64,000 nucleotides of DNA from an uncultured Verrucomicrobia subdivision 3 bacterium (GCA_903827955.1 CAIKKJ010000054.1:2298-66297), one strand, 5' to 3'. Shown: positions 29,101 to 38,094, counted from the first letter of the stretch. Notes: generated by a model from the sequence alone, not told the origin. A program made the numbers and translations.

Positions 29101-29840
29101 GCCCGCCGGAGTTCCGACAGAAAACTGCCGCGTCGCAGGCCGCGCTCATCCGCGAAACTGATTTCGCGTTCAAACAGGCGTTCGCGTTCTGCCCTTACAG
29201 CCCGGAAGCCGTTTTCCGCTACATCAACTTCCTGTTGACGCAGGGACGATTTGAAGACGCCGTGATTGTCTGCGAAACGTGCCGCAAGCTGGATCCGTTC
29301 AACACCCAGGTCGCCAGCACTGTTGACCAGCTCAAACAATTCCGCAACCAAAACACCCAACGTGCACAAGCCGTCGGTCAGATTGACCAGATGGAAAATC
29401 TCGCGCGCACCAATCCTGGCAACATCACCAACTTGATCTATCTCGGCGGCACCCTGCTCCAGTTGCAACAGACCAACCGCGCCATCGAGCTGTTCAATCA
29501 GGCCATTGACAATCCAGCTATCAAATATCCCGACGCGGCGGCGGTCGCGCAATCTTTCGGGCAGCTTGGCTATATTTCCGGATTTGAAAAGGCCTTGAAA
29601 AAAATTGTCGTGCTCGCCCCGGATGCGCCGGAACATCGTTACAACCTCGCCGCCGTCGAAGCCGTCACCGGCCGCCCCACCGAAGCGATGGCTGACCTGA
29701 AACTCGCGCTCGACTTGAACGCCAAGCGACTCGCCGCGAATCCCACGGCGAATAATATTTTAAACGTTGTCCGCAACGATCCAAATATTAACAGCCTGCG
29801 CACGCAGCCCGAGTTTCAGAAGCTCGTCCCGGCACAGTGA
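26190..29840 (+). CDS. DUF2723-type polytopic membrane protein (glycosyltransferase-like) with C-terminal TPR repeats
   Basis: 1216 aa. N-terminal HPPGYPFW motif, many TM helices, TPR-like repeats in the last roughly 250 aa. Confidence 0.8.
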   Translation: METPKKSPAKPEAPKAPAESAKPEKVPPMFRPIDWLSLLIAFGAVWAVYLWTLAPELTLEDSGELCTGSYYAGIPHPPGYPFWAIYSWLWTVIVPFGNVAWRVEVGQSFASAMGCGLLALIVSRGGSMLIDGIEDLKEVNRRWENAICIVSGVVAGMLLGFGGFMWKESVVINRISIFGVPWLLAMIALMMRWMHAPHQRWYLYFAMLIFGWIATIHQSLILCAVGVEVLVAMVLPRLGRDLFAVNSLIYLVILYYKGKGTVPALNAMTFTEQTIFNTVGLFSISCVVWLFMKTNKLFSEWKSILIMGVMWGMGVAVYLYEPISCMTCPPMQWGYPRTVEGFFHALSRGQYGTGEGTNVLQDPSRFLFQLWYLAEGLSESFSWVYMFIGLLPFLFLKKMQARERGWIIGLTTIYLLLSVQLVIVLNVSADRSTTELNKVFFTASHGVFAIMIGYGLAILAAYISTHYEKFRRVGLIGGGVALVLAVYCLIEAIGKLYFGKAGQLQISWLPFSKWGGWDYLAFGPSGQFSLGETPRWIFQAFTKDQYGLPVFANLILVAMPIVFIAALLFYRKRGPVLILLCLFCLAPVWSGMSHWYKSEQRNHWFGYWFGHDMFNPPFADATGKLSYDSAKRAEVIKNPAQAKLTYPEMTRDAILYGGTDPGRFCPTYIIFCESFIPHRCQPEQDQKFDRRDVYIITQNALADGTYLDYLRSQYNRSKQIDPPFFSRLFKYVCAVGGLVTPGSIVTEGIEAGNGDSGNSLVEGVAKILDGTLDSFFLANGKRIENRRRTEGVYPPNEIYIPTPEDSQACFSEYARQKQLNSTDGRIQISGQVDVMNINGLLCKVIFDNCPTNEFFIEESFPLDWMYPYETPFGVIMKINRNPLPELSQEAMDLDHKFWMDYSARLCGNWINYDTSVEQIAKFVDQTYIQNNYKGFTGSRAFVRDDDAQKAFSKLRSSQAGMYAWRADPRTCPPEFRQKTAASQAALIRETDFAFKQAFAFCPYSPEAVFRYINFLLTQGRFEDAVIVCETCRKLDPFNTQVASTVDQLKQFRNQNTQRAQAVGQIDQMENLARTNPGNITNLIYLGGTLLQLQQTNRAIELFNQAIDNPAIKYPDAAAVAQSFGQLGYISGFEKALKKIVVLAPDAPEHRYNLAAVEAVTGRPTEAMADLKLALDLNAKRLAANPTANNILNVVRNDPNINSLRTQPEFQKLVPAQ

Positions 29841-29843
29841 GCC

Positions 29844-30893
29844 TCACGCGTTCGTGCTCAGCTTGAAGGCCAGACCCGCCGCGGCTGCGAGCGAAAACAG
29901 ATTTGCCTTGCTCAACAGCAACAGCAGGAAAATTCCCTTGAACGTGTTCTCCTCGGACTGCTGCTCGTCCTTGGTCAGCGACGTTTTCAAATCGTGCTGT
30001 TGCTCGTAGTCCGTCTTGGAAATCTGGCCGCTCGCAAGCTTCTGATATTCCGGCAGCAATGTGTCATGAAATTCCTTCACATCATCAGCGGCAAAATCGG
30101 CGGGCGGCAGCTTCAGGCCGGAATCGGCGGCCTTTTTTGAAAGAAAGCCGCGGATCTCAATTTCCGACCCCGTCGGCACTAGCGCCACCACGCCTTTAGC
30201 TTCGATGACGGCATTGGCATAAGCCGCCTGATCGCTTTGCATCCGTTCCGCCGTGCCTTCATGCCACCAGCCAAGCGCCACAAAATATTGCGCGCCGACG
30301 ATTCCCGCCAAAACCAAGACGGCCGTGATACCGCCCAGTTCCTTGCTGCCCTCGCCTTTGCCGAGAAAATCCGCAAACCAGCCCGCCAGCGCGCCAACGC
30401 CGATGGCTAGCAGCTTGATGCGATAGCCGGTGTATTTAAAAATTAAAAAATATATCAGCACGCCCACAAACATGCCGATGACCCCGCCAAGCAAACCCTT
30501 GCTGAAGCTGGCCTCCTTTTGACGCGCCGCCAAGGCCGCCACCTGCGCTTCAAACGGCCGCGCCACGCCGATGGCAGGCGCGGAATTTTCGCCACCTTTC
30601 ACTGCAGACGGCGGCGCAGATGGCGCAGGGGCGGCGTGTTCACGGTTGATGCGCAATCCGCCCATCGGCGCAATCGGGGGTGGCGCGGAAAGATCAGGCG
30701 TGACCGCCGGCGGCGGTGCAGTCACGGGCGCGGCCGGCACGAACATGAATTTTTCCGCCAGCAGCGCGTTCGCCGCCGCCGTGCCATCGGCATTGCACAC
30801 CGGGCAGTTCACGGTGAACGGCATCCGGCCGCCGACCGGCTCCACGTCGAACTTGAATTTTTGGCCGCACTGACAGACGACTTTGAGTTCCAT
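29844..30893 (-). CDS. hypothetical membrane protein with N-terminal zinc-ribbon
   Basis: CQCG...CPVC zinc ribbon, Pro/Ala-rich linker, several TM helices, and a charged C-terminal domain. Confidence 0.6.
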   Translation of the reverse strand: MELKVVCQCGQKFKFDVEPVGGRMPFTVNCPVCNADGTAAANALLAEKFMFVPAAPVTAPPPAVTPDLSAPPPIAPMGGLRINREHAAPAPSAPPSAVKGGENSAPAIGVARPFEAQVAALAARQKEASFSKGLLGGVIGMFVGVLIYFLIFKYTGYRIKLLAIGVGALAGWFADFLGKGEGSKELGGITAVLVLAGIVGAQYFVALGWWHEGTAERMQSDQAAYANAVIEAKGVVALVPTGSEIEIRGFLSKKAADSGLKLPPADFAADDVKEFHDTLLPEYQKLASGQISKTDYEQQHDLKTSLTKDEQQSEENTFKGIFLLLLLSKANLFSLAAAAGLAFKLSTNA

Positions 30894-31029
30894 AGGTTTT
30901 AGGTTGCCCGCGAACGGCCAAGCGATGAGGTTGCGCGACTTTAATTTCCATGCGAACCATTGTCGAATGTTTTTGCAGCGATGAATTCACTTTTCTTTCG
31001 CGCGGCGCAGTTTAATTTGCGCGCAGCAA

Positions 31030-32466
31030 ATGGCCCTGAAACTGTTCAACACCCTGACCCGCTCCGCGCAGGAGTTCACCCCGCTCCACGGAAAAAAAGT
31101 CGGCATGTATTGCTGCGGGCCGACGGTCTATGACTTCGCGCACATCGGCAACTGGCGCACGTTCGTCTTCGCCGACCTCGTCCGTCGCACGCTGGAATTT
31201 TCCGGCTATGACGTGACGCACGTCATGAACATCACCGACGTGGAAGACAAAATCATCAAGCGCGTCCGCGAACAAAAAACCACGCTGCGCGAATTCACCG
31301 GCAAATTTGAAACCGCGTTCCTCGACGACTTGAAAGCCCTCGGCTGCCGCCAGCCGCACCAGACGCCGCGCGCCACGGAACACATTCCCGAAATCATCGC
31401 GCTCATTGAAAAGCTCGTCGCGCGCGGCGTGGCGTATCAGGCGGCGGACGGCTCGGTATATTTTTCCATCGAGAAATATCGCGGCTGCGGCTGCCACTAC
31501 GGCCAGTTGCTGAAATTAAATTTGGACGAGATGCGCGCCGGTGAACGCGTCGCGTCGGACGAATACGAAAAAGAATCCATCGCGGACTTCGCGTTGTGGA
31601 AGGCGTTTGTGCCAGAGGACGGCGACGTAACTTGGGATAGCCCGTGGGGCAAAGGCCGTCCCGGCTGGCATATCGAGTGCAGCGCCATGAGCATCAAGGC
31701 GCTCGGCGAGACGTTCGACTTACATCTCGGCGGCGAGGATTTGAAATTTCCGCATCACGAAGACGAAATCGCCCAGAGCGAAGGCGCGACTGGAAAACCG
31801 TTCGTGAAATTCTGGCTGCACGGCGCGCATCTGCTCGTCGAGGGCAAAAAGATGAGCAAGTCGCTGGGAAATTATTTCACATTGCGTGATCTGGTGGCAA
31901 AAGGTTTCACCGCGCGCGAAGTGCGTTACCTGCTGCTCTCCGCGCACTACCGCGAAACGTTTAACTTCACGCTCGACGGTTTGACTGGCGCGAAGTCGGC
32001 GTTGGCGCGCATTGATGAGTGCGTCAGCAAACTGCGTCAGAGCGCCAACATTGTTGGCATCGTGCAACCAGACCAAATCAAACTACAGGAGCAACAAAAC
32101 GCCTGCAGCAACATGTTGCATGATTTTACTGATGCGATCACTAATGATTTGAACATCTCTGCTGCGTGGGCCGTTGTCTTTGAATGGGTGCGCGAAACGA
32201 ATAAGCGGTTTAAAAAAAACAATCACATGGCCAATGATGCTGCATCCGTATCATTGTCCGCATGGGAAAAAGTTGATTCTGTTCTTGGCGTTGGCAAACA
32301 AGCGGACATTGAAATCCCCGAAGAAATTTTATCACTTGCCAAAACTCGTTTGGAAGCAAAAGGCAATCGTGATTTTAAAAAAGCCGACGCCATCCGCGAC
32401 GAGTTGAAAGCGAAAGGCTGGTTGGTCGAAGACATGCCATTAGGATTCAAATTTAAAAAATTGTGA
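31030..32466 (+). CDS. cysS: cysteine--tRNA ligase
   Basis: CGPTVYDFAHIGN (HIGH-type) and KMSKSLGN motifs. Confidence 0.95.
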   Translation: MALKLFNTLTRSAQEFTPLHGKKVGMYCCGPTVYDFAHIGNWRTFVFADLVRRTLEFSGYDVTHVMNITDVEDKIIKRVREQKTTLREFTGKFETAFLDDLKALGCRQPHQTPRATEHIPEIIALIEKLVARGVAYQAADGSVYFSIEKYRGCGCHYGQLLKLNLDEMRAGERVASDEYEKESIADFALWKAFVPEDGDVTWDSPWGKGRPGWHIECSAMSIKALGETFDLHLGGEDLKFPHHEDEIAQSEGATGKPFVKFWLHGAHLLVEGKKMSKSLGNYFTLRDLVAKGFTAREVRYLLLSAHYRETFNFTLDGLTGAKSALARIDECVSKLRQSANIVGIVQPDQIKLQEQQNACSNMLHDFTDAITNDLNISAAWAVVFEWVRETNKRFKKNNHMANDAASVSLSAWEKVDSVLGVGKQADIEIPEEILSLAKTRLEAKGNRDFKKADAIRDELKAKGWLVEDMPLGFKFKKL

Positions 32467-33119
32467 GCAAAGGTCTTTTCATCTCCTTCGAAGGCACCGA
32501 AGGCTGCGGCAAATCCACGCAGGTTAAACTGCTCGCCGACCGGCTACAATCGCTCGGCCATCGCGTGCGCACGTTGCGCGAACCGGGCGGCACGCCCATC
32601 GGCGAGGAAGTCCGCCACACGCTCAAGCACAGTAAAAACAACGCGGCGATGACTGCCGAGGCCGAACTGCTGTTGATGAACGCCAGCCGCGCGCAACTTG
32701 TCCGCGAAATCATCCGCCCTGCCCTCGCCAATAATGAGATCATCATCTGCGACCGGTTTTATGATTCTACCACGGCGTATCAAGGCCATGGCCGCGAACT
32801 GGATCTGGAAAAGGTGAAGGCCGTCATTGATTTCGCCGTTGGCGATACGCGGCCTCAAGTCACGCTGTTCCTCCACGTCCCCGCCGACATCAGCGCGGAG
32901 CGGCTGCGCTCGCGCCAGGAAAATCTGCCCTTCGTCCGCGACCGCATCGAAGAAGCAGATCAGAAATTTTTTGAGCGCGTCGCGCACGGCTTTGGCGTCA
33001 TCGCCGCCAGCGAACCGCACCGCGTGAAATTCATCAATGGCATGCAGTCCGTCGAGGCCGTCTGCGCAAAAATCTGGGATACCATCCAGCCCGTGTTGCC
33101 ACGCATCGGCCGCTGGTAA
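32463..33119 (+). CDS. tmk: thymidylate kinase
   Basis: FISFEGTEGCGKSTQ P-loop and DRFYDSTTAYQG. It overlaps cysS by 4 bp. Confidence 0.93.
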   Translation: MSKGLFISFEGTEGCGKSTQVKLLADRLQSLGHRVRTLREPGGTPIGEEVRHTLKHSKNNAAMTAEAELLLMNASRAQLVREIIRPALANNEIIICDRFYDSTTAYQGHGRELDLEKVKAVIDFAVGDTRPQVTLFLHVPADISAERLRSRQENLPFVRDRIEEADQKFFERVAHGFGVIAASEPHRVKFINGMQSVEAVCAKIWDTIQPVLPRIGRW

Positions 33120-33158
33120 AAACATTTGCCCGCAGCCGGCGACGGGTTAAGTTATAGC

Positions 33159-33419
33159 ATGATTGAAAACACCATCAGCGAGATTGAATCCAAAATCCGC
33201 GCGGCAGAAATGCTCGGGGCGGAACGTCAACACGAATTGTTGGAACTGCTGGCGCGTTTGAAGGCCGAAGTCTGCGAGCGCGACGTTCAAAGCCTGCAGC
33301 CGCTAAAACTTTCCGTGGAAGAATTGCGCACCTCGGTGGAAGGCTTCGAGCAGTCGCATCCGAAACTGGTGCAGGCGGTCAACGGCATCAGCAGCACGCT
33401 GGCGAATCTGGGGATTTAA
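33159..33419 (+). CDS. small coiled-coil protein (DUF4404-like)
   Basis: 86 aa from the internal Met, ending ..HPKLVQAVNGISSTLANLGI. Confidence 0.5.
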   Translation: MIENTISEIESKIRAAEMLGAERQHELLELLARLKAEVCERDVQSLQPLKLSVEELRTSVEGFEQSHPKLVQAVNGISSTLANLGI

Positions 33420-33425
33420 TTCAGG

Positions 33426-33449
33426 AAGGGACGGCGTGCCGCCGTCCTT
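33426..33449 (+). terminator. GC hairpin downstream of the small ORF (weak U-tract)
   Basis: aagggacggcg tgc cgccgtcctt, lying between convergent genes. Confidence 0.4.
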
Positions 33450-33495
33450 AACTTTCGGAAAAACCGGGACGCCGAACCGGCGTTCCTCCAAAAAA

Positions 33496-34134
33496 TTAGT
33501 CCAATTTCCGCTCCAGCTTGGCAATCTCCACCATGATTTCGTCGGCAACTTCCTGGTAAATCACCTTCAGCCGCTGCTTGTCACACGTCTTCGCCTCGGC
33601 GCGAAGTTTCTCAAACATCATCGGTCTGCCGTATTTCACCGCGAGGCGAATGGGCTTGTGAAACTTCCATATCCGGCTGTAACACTCAAACGTGCCGAAC
33701 GTCCGCACCGGCACGACTGGTGCCGCCGACTTGATGACCGTCAGCCCGATGCCTGAACGCGCCGGTTGCAACTTGCCGTCCTTGGTCCGCGTGCCTTCGG
33801 GAAATAAAATAATCGCGCCGCCCGCGAGCAGGCGGTCAAGAATGGCCTTGAGTCCGCGCGCACCGCCGCCATCACGATCCACTGGCACGGCCTGCCAATT
33901 CCGCAGAATCCAGCCGGCAATGGGATTGTGAAACAAACTTTCCCGTGCGAGATAATTAATCGGCCGTTTCAGCCCGGAACCGACAATCGGCGGATCAAGA
34001 AAGCTCGCGTGGTTCGACGCGATGATGACACCGCCCTTCAGCGGCACGCGTTCAGGATTAAACACCTGCCAGCGAAAATACACCGCATACATAAGGCGAA
34101 ACAGCGCCCAGCCAATGAAATAAACCGGGTTCAT
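33496..34134 (-). CDS. plsC: 1-acyl-sn-glycerol-3-phosphate acyltransferase
   Basis: NHASFLDP and FPEGTRT motifs. Confidence 0.9.
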   Translation of the reverse strand: MNPVYFIGWALFRLMYAVYFRWQVFNPERVPLKGGVIIASNHASFLDPPIVGSGLKRPINYLARESLFHNPIAGWILRNWQAVPVDRDGGGARGLKAILDRLLAGGAIILFPEGTRTKDGKLQPARSGIGLTVIKSAAPVVPVRTFGTFECYSRIWKFHKPIRLAVKYGRPMMFEKLRAEAKTCDKQRLKVIYQEVADEIMVEIAKLERKLD

Positions 34135-34805
34135 TTTTCCAACGCCATTATCTTGCGGATTTCCGCCAGCAACCAGCCGCTTGTCTCGGCGGAAGTCAGC
34201 TTCGAGTTGTCCAGCACCTTGGCTCCGAGCGCGATCATCAGCGGCGCAGCGGCGCGCTGGCTGTCGCGCTGGTCGCGCGCGGCAAGATTTTCGTGCACGC
34301 CATCGGCGGCGCGACGCGCGGAACGCTCTTCCAGTTTCGCGTCGAGGTAAAATTTGAAATCCGTTTCGGGAAAAACATTTGTGCCGATGTCACGGCCTTC
34401 CATGACAAGATTGCCGAACTGAATACAATCGCGCTGCGTTTTTTTCATCCAATCGCGCACCTTCGGCACAGCGGCGACGTGCGACACAGCAGCGGCAGTT
34501 TCTTTTAAGCGGATTTCCTTTTCCGGATAAAAGCCATCCACCAGCAAATGCACTTGGCGCAAACCATCGCGCTCCACGCATTCGAACGACGTCTTCCAGC
34601 GGCGGCACGCGTTGGCCACGGCCTTCGCGTCGTTCACGTCCACATGCTTGAGCAGGCAATGCCACGCTAGCGTGCGATACATCGCGCCGGTGTCCACATA
34701 AACGTAACCGAGTGCCTTCGCCACGAGCTTGGCGTTGGTGCTTTTGCCGCTGGCGCTCGTGCCGTCAATCGCGATGACAATGGGATGCTTCGTTTTCAAA
34801 TTCAA
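34131..34805 (-). CDS. cmk: cytidylate kinase
   Basis: IAIDGTSASGKST P-loop with family-typical length. Confidence 0.9.
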   Translation of the reverse strand: MNLKTKHPIVIAIDGTSASGKSTNAKLVAKALGYVYVDTGAMYRTLAWHCLLKHVDVNDAKAVANACRRWKTSFECVERDGLRQVHLLVDGFYPEKEIRLKETAAAVSHVAAVPKVRDWMKKTQRDCIQFGNLVMEGRDIGTNVFPETDFKFYLDAKLEERSARRAADGVHENLAARDQRDSQRAAAPLMIALGAKVLDNSKLTSAETSGWLLAEIRKIMALEK

Positions 34806-34813
34806 AAAAAGTT

Positions 34814-34876
34814 TTTAGACAGAATTAACAAAATTTTCAGAATTCAATTTTTTAAATTCTGTTAATTCTGTCTAAA
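34814..34876. repeat. AT-rich inverted repeat (17-bp arms tttagacagaattaaca / tgttaattctgtctaaa)
   Basis: Perfect arms lie in the aroA-cmk spacer. The arm motif tagacagaattaac recurs at 50093-50106. Confidence 0.85.
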
Positions 34877-36373
34877 TCAATCCGCGAACAACTCTTCGCG
34901 CGTCAATTTTCTGCCGGATTTCGCGTCCAAAATAGTCGCACCCAAACCGTGCGGTGGCGGGGCGGCTAGTTTCTGGAAAAAATTCGGGAACGTCTTTTTC
35001 ACGCAGGCCGGATTTTTAATTTTTATGCCGGGAACTTTCAATCCCAAAACTGCAAAACACATCGCCATGCGATGGTCGTTGTAGGTTTCAATCTCCGCGC
35101 CGTGCAGTTTGGCCTGAAAAGTGGTCAACGTTTCACCTTCCTCGACAACCTTCGCGCCACACTTGGTCAACTCCGTCCGCAACGCAACGACGCGCTCACA
35201 TTCCTGCACGCGCAGGCGGCCGAGGTCGGTGAAAACATTTTCTGTGAACGATAATGATGCCAGAGTAATGGCTGTCATAATACTGTCGCCGAGGTTTGTT
35301 TGCCTTGAGATGGCGGATTGTGGCACCAAACTTTCTTTCAAAGCGGCCATGACATCTGATCTTTCCATCCAATTAGAACCAAACTTTTCAGGCAGACCTT
35401 CAAACAAAATTCCTCCAAATTGGGGGATGGTCAAAGCCAACGAATACATTTTGGATGGAAAACCTTGATCAAATTGCCAGCCAGAGTCTGGCCAGTTTGA
35501 AACTCTGACATTCAAATGCCAATAGGTTTCTCCAGATTGATAATTGTCAGGCAAAACTGCCAACTGCACGTTTTCTATAACGCCAGCGCCCCAAAAATAA
35601 CTCCCGCTGCTCGCGTCCGGTTCGATTTGAAACGTGCCGCCGTTTTTCGGAAACACTTCCATCAATTTGGAAGTCATGGCTACATACGGCGATTCATCCG
35701 CGTTCTCGCCAACGATTTCAATTTCCCATCCGCCGTGTTTGGCCGCGAGCAGCAGCGCTGACGCAAACTGCGAGCTTTCCTCAATACTTACTCGACATTT
35801 TTTCTTTTGCCACAGAGGCACAGAGGACACAGAGCCGGATGCTTCTTTCTCCGTGCGCTCTGTGTCTCTGTGGCTAATTCTAACGGGCAACTTGTCATTG
35901 CCCTGCTCGGATTCCACGCGGTAGCCGAGTTCGCGCAATGACGAAAACAGCGCCGCCTGCGGACGTTCGTGCATCCGCTTCACGCCGTGCAACCGATACA
36001 CGCCGCTGCCGAGACAGAGAAACGGCGCCAGAAAACGCGCCGCCGTGCCCGCATTGCCCACGAACAAATCCAGCGGCTCCGCCTCCGTGCCACCAGGCGG
36101 AACCACCCCGCCCTGCCCCTTCACCGTGATGGTGCGGTTACAAAGTTCATCCGGGTCTGGCACCACGTTCACCGCAAAGCCAAGTTCCTTGAGACACTCG
36201 ACCATGATCTGTGTGTCCTCACTCCACAGCGCGCCTTTAAGCGTCACCTCGCCCTCCGCGAGCGCGGCCAGAATCAGCGCACGATTCGTGATGCTCTTGG
36301 AACCGGGCACGGTAATTTCCGCGCGCACGGGCTTGTCGAGCGGGACAATTTCGATTAAATCAGGAAGCGCCAT
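34877..36373 (-). CDS. aroA: 3-phosphoshikimate 1-carboxyvinyltransferase (EPSP synthase), unusually long
   Basis: PGSKSITNRALILAAL, LFVGNAGTAARFL, EPDASSGSYF, LRVQECERV. At 498 aa it is longer than the usual roughly 430-450 aa. Confidence 0.9.
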   Translation of the reverse strand: MALPDLIEIVPLDKPVRAEITVPGSKSITNRALILAALAEGEVTLKGALWSEDTQIMVECLKELGFAVNVVPDPDELCNRTITVKGQGGVVPPGGTEAEPLDLFVGNAGTAARFLAPFLCLGSGVYRLHGVKRMHERPQAALFSSLRELGYRVESEQGNDKLPVRISHRDTERTEKEASGSVSSVPLWQKKKCRVSIEESSQFASALLLAAKHGGWEIEIVGENADESPYVAMTSKLMEVFPKNGGTFQIEPDASSGSYFWGAGVIENVQLAVLPDNYQSGETYWHLNVRVSNWPDSGWQFDQGFPSKMYSLALTIPQFGGILFEGLPEKFGSNWMERSDVMAALKESLVPQSAISRQTNLGDSIMTAITLASLSFTENVFTDLGRLRVQECERVVALRTELTKCGAKVVEEGETLTTFQAKLHGAEIETYNDHRMAMCFAVLGLKVPGIKIKNPACVKKTFPNFFQKLAAPPPHGLGATILDAKSGRKLTREELFAD

Positions 36374-36379
36374 CGCGAA

Positions 36380-37321
36380 TTATTCAGAAGAAATGGAGAT
36401 TGGTTTGGAACACCATTTATCGCGACGGGATTTAGCCGAAGCGAAAAAGTTTTCGACTGCGTCCGCACCTCCCGATTTCAAAGCCGACTGGAATTTTTTT
36501 AGCTCGGTGATGAATGCGTCCACAGACTGCGAGATGTTTTTCCGGTTCGCCAGTGTGATGTCGCGCCACATCTCCGGCGAGCCGGAGGCGATGCGCGTGG
36601 TGTCGCGAAATCCCGTGGCGCAAAGCCCTGCCTGCGTTTTGACGGCGGCAGGATTCAAAACCAAACCCGCCAACGTCGCCGCGACGACGTGCGGCAAATG
36701 GCTGGAACGGCTCACCAGCAAATCGTGCTGCGCCGCGTCCAGCCGCAGCGTGCGTGCGCCGAGCGATTTCCAAAATAAATCCAGTTTGCGAACGGCGGCG
36801 GCGTTAGATTTTTTGGTGGGCGTCAAAACACAGACGGCGTTTTCAAAAAGATTTTCCCGCGCCGCCAGCACGCCGGTTTTTTCCGCGCCGGCCATCGGAT
36901 GACTGCCGACGAAATGCGCGCCGTTTTTTTTCAGGAGCGAATCCAGTTCGCGCACAACCTCCGCCTTCACGCTGCCAACGTCGGTGACAATCGCGCCGCG
37001 TTTGAGCGCGGGAAGAAATTGTTGCGCGAGTGAACGCATCTGCGCGAGCGGCGTGCAAAGAATTACCAAGTCGGAATTTGAAACCGCCGCGAGCAAATCG
37101 GTCGTGGCGTAGTCCACGGCGGCGGCGCGCTCGCAATCCTTCAAACTGGACGCGCGGCGGACGTAGCCCGCGACTTCACGCGCGAGCCGATGGCGTTTGA
37201 CGGCCAGCCCGATGGAGCCGCCGAGCAGACCGACGCCGATGATGGAAATTTTCTGAAACTGCACCGGCGCAGGATAGCGAAATCCCAGATTTGATAAACC
37301 ATGAAATACGCGAAGCTGCAA
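36380..37321 (-). CDS. tyrA: prephenate dehydrogenase
   Basis: IIGVGLLGGSIGLA Rossmann motif, GSHPMAG, and aroA context. Confidence 0.85.
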   Translation of the reverse strand: MQLRVFHGLSNLGFRYPAPVQFQKISIIGVGLLGGSIGLAVKRHRLAREVAGYVRRASSLKDCERAAAVDYATTDLLAAVSNSDLVILCTPLAQMRSLAQQFLPALKRGAIVTDVGSVKAEVVRELDSLLKKNGAHFVGSHPMAGAEKTGVLAARENLFENAVCVLTPTKKSNAAAVRKLDLFWKSLGARTLRLDAAQHDLLVSRSSHLPHVVAATLAGLVLNPAAVKTQAGLCATGFRDTTRIASGSPEMWRDITLANRKNISQSVDAFITELKKFQSALKSGGADAVENFFASAKSRRDKWCSKPISISSE

Positions 37322-37335
37322 AAAATTTAAGGCAC

Positions 37336-38094
37336 CTACTTCAGCCAGTTGTCATAAATCATCTTGAGCGTGATGAGCGTTACCATTGCAAGAAAAACCG
37401 GGCGGATAAATTTTGTGCCACGCGTAATGACCATGCGGCTGCCGAGCCGCGCACCGATCATCTGTCCGGCGCCCATGACAAGACCAGCCGCGAGCCAGAT
37501 TTTTTGCGCGAGCGCAAAGACGACGAGCGACGCGACATTGCTCGCCCAGTTGAGCGCCTTGGTGTTGGCGGTGGCTTTGGTGAGGTTCAAGCCGAGGCCG
37601 AGCATGAAGGCCAGCGCCAGAAAAGTTCCCGTGCCGGGGCCGAGAATGCCGTCGTAAAAGCCGATGCCGAATGCGAAGATGAAATCAAACTTCACGCGCG
37701 AAAGCCGCGGATGAATGTCTTTTTCACCCAGCTGCGGACGGAGCCACACGAAAACCGCCACGGCAAACAGTAGCAGCGGCAGAAATTGTTTTAGCCGGCG
37801 CGGATCCACCTGCGCCACCAGCAACGTGCCGATGAGCGAGCCGAGAAATGCCAGCAGACAGGCGCGGCGAACTTCGCGCAAATTCAAAGCGCCAGCACGG
37901 GCAAAATGAAATGTCGCGCTGGTCGAGCCGAACGTGGCCTGGAGCTTATTGGTGCCGAGGGCAATTTTCGGGTCAGGACAAATGTTCAGCAAAATCGGCA
38001 GCGTCAGCAGCCCGCCGCCACCCGCAATGGTATCCACAAAACCAGCCACAAGGCCGGTGGCGAACAACAGCGCGATTTGCCACCACTCGATCAT
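37336..38094 (-). CDS. TauE/SafE-family anion exporter
   Basis: Polytopic protein of about 250 aa with GGGGLLTLPIL and a duplicated 4-TM architecture. Confidence 0.8.
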   Translation of the reverse strand: MIEWWQIALLFATGLVAGFVDTIAGGGGLLTLPILLNICPDPKIALGTNKLQATFGSTSATFHFARAGALNLREVRRACLLAFLGSLIGTLLVAQVDPRRLKQFLPLLLFAVAVFVWLRPQLGEKDIHPRLSRVKFDFIFAFGIGFYDGILGPGTGTFLALAFMLGLGLNLTKATANTKALNWASNVASLVVFALAQKIWLAAGLVMGAGQMIGARLGSRMVITRGTKFIRPVFLAMVTLITLKMIYDNWLK

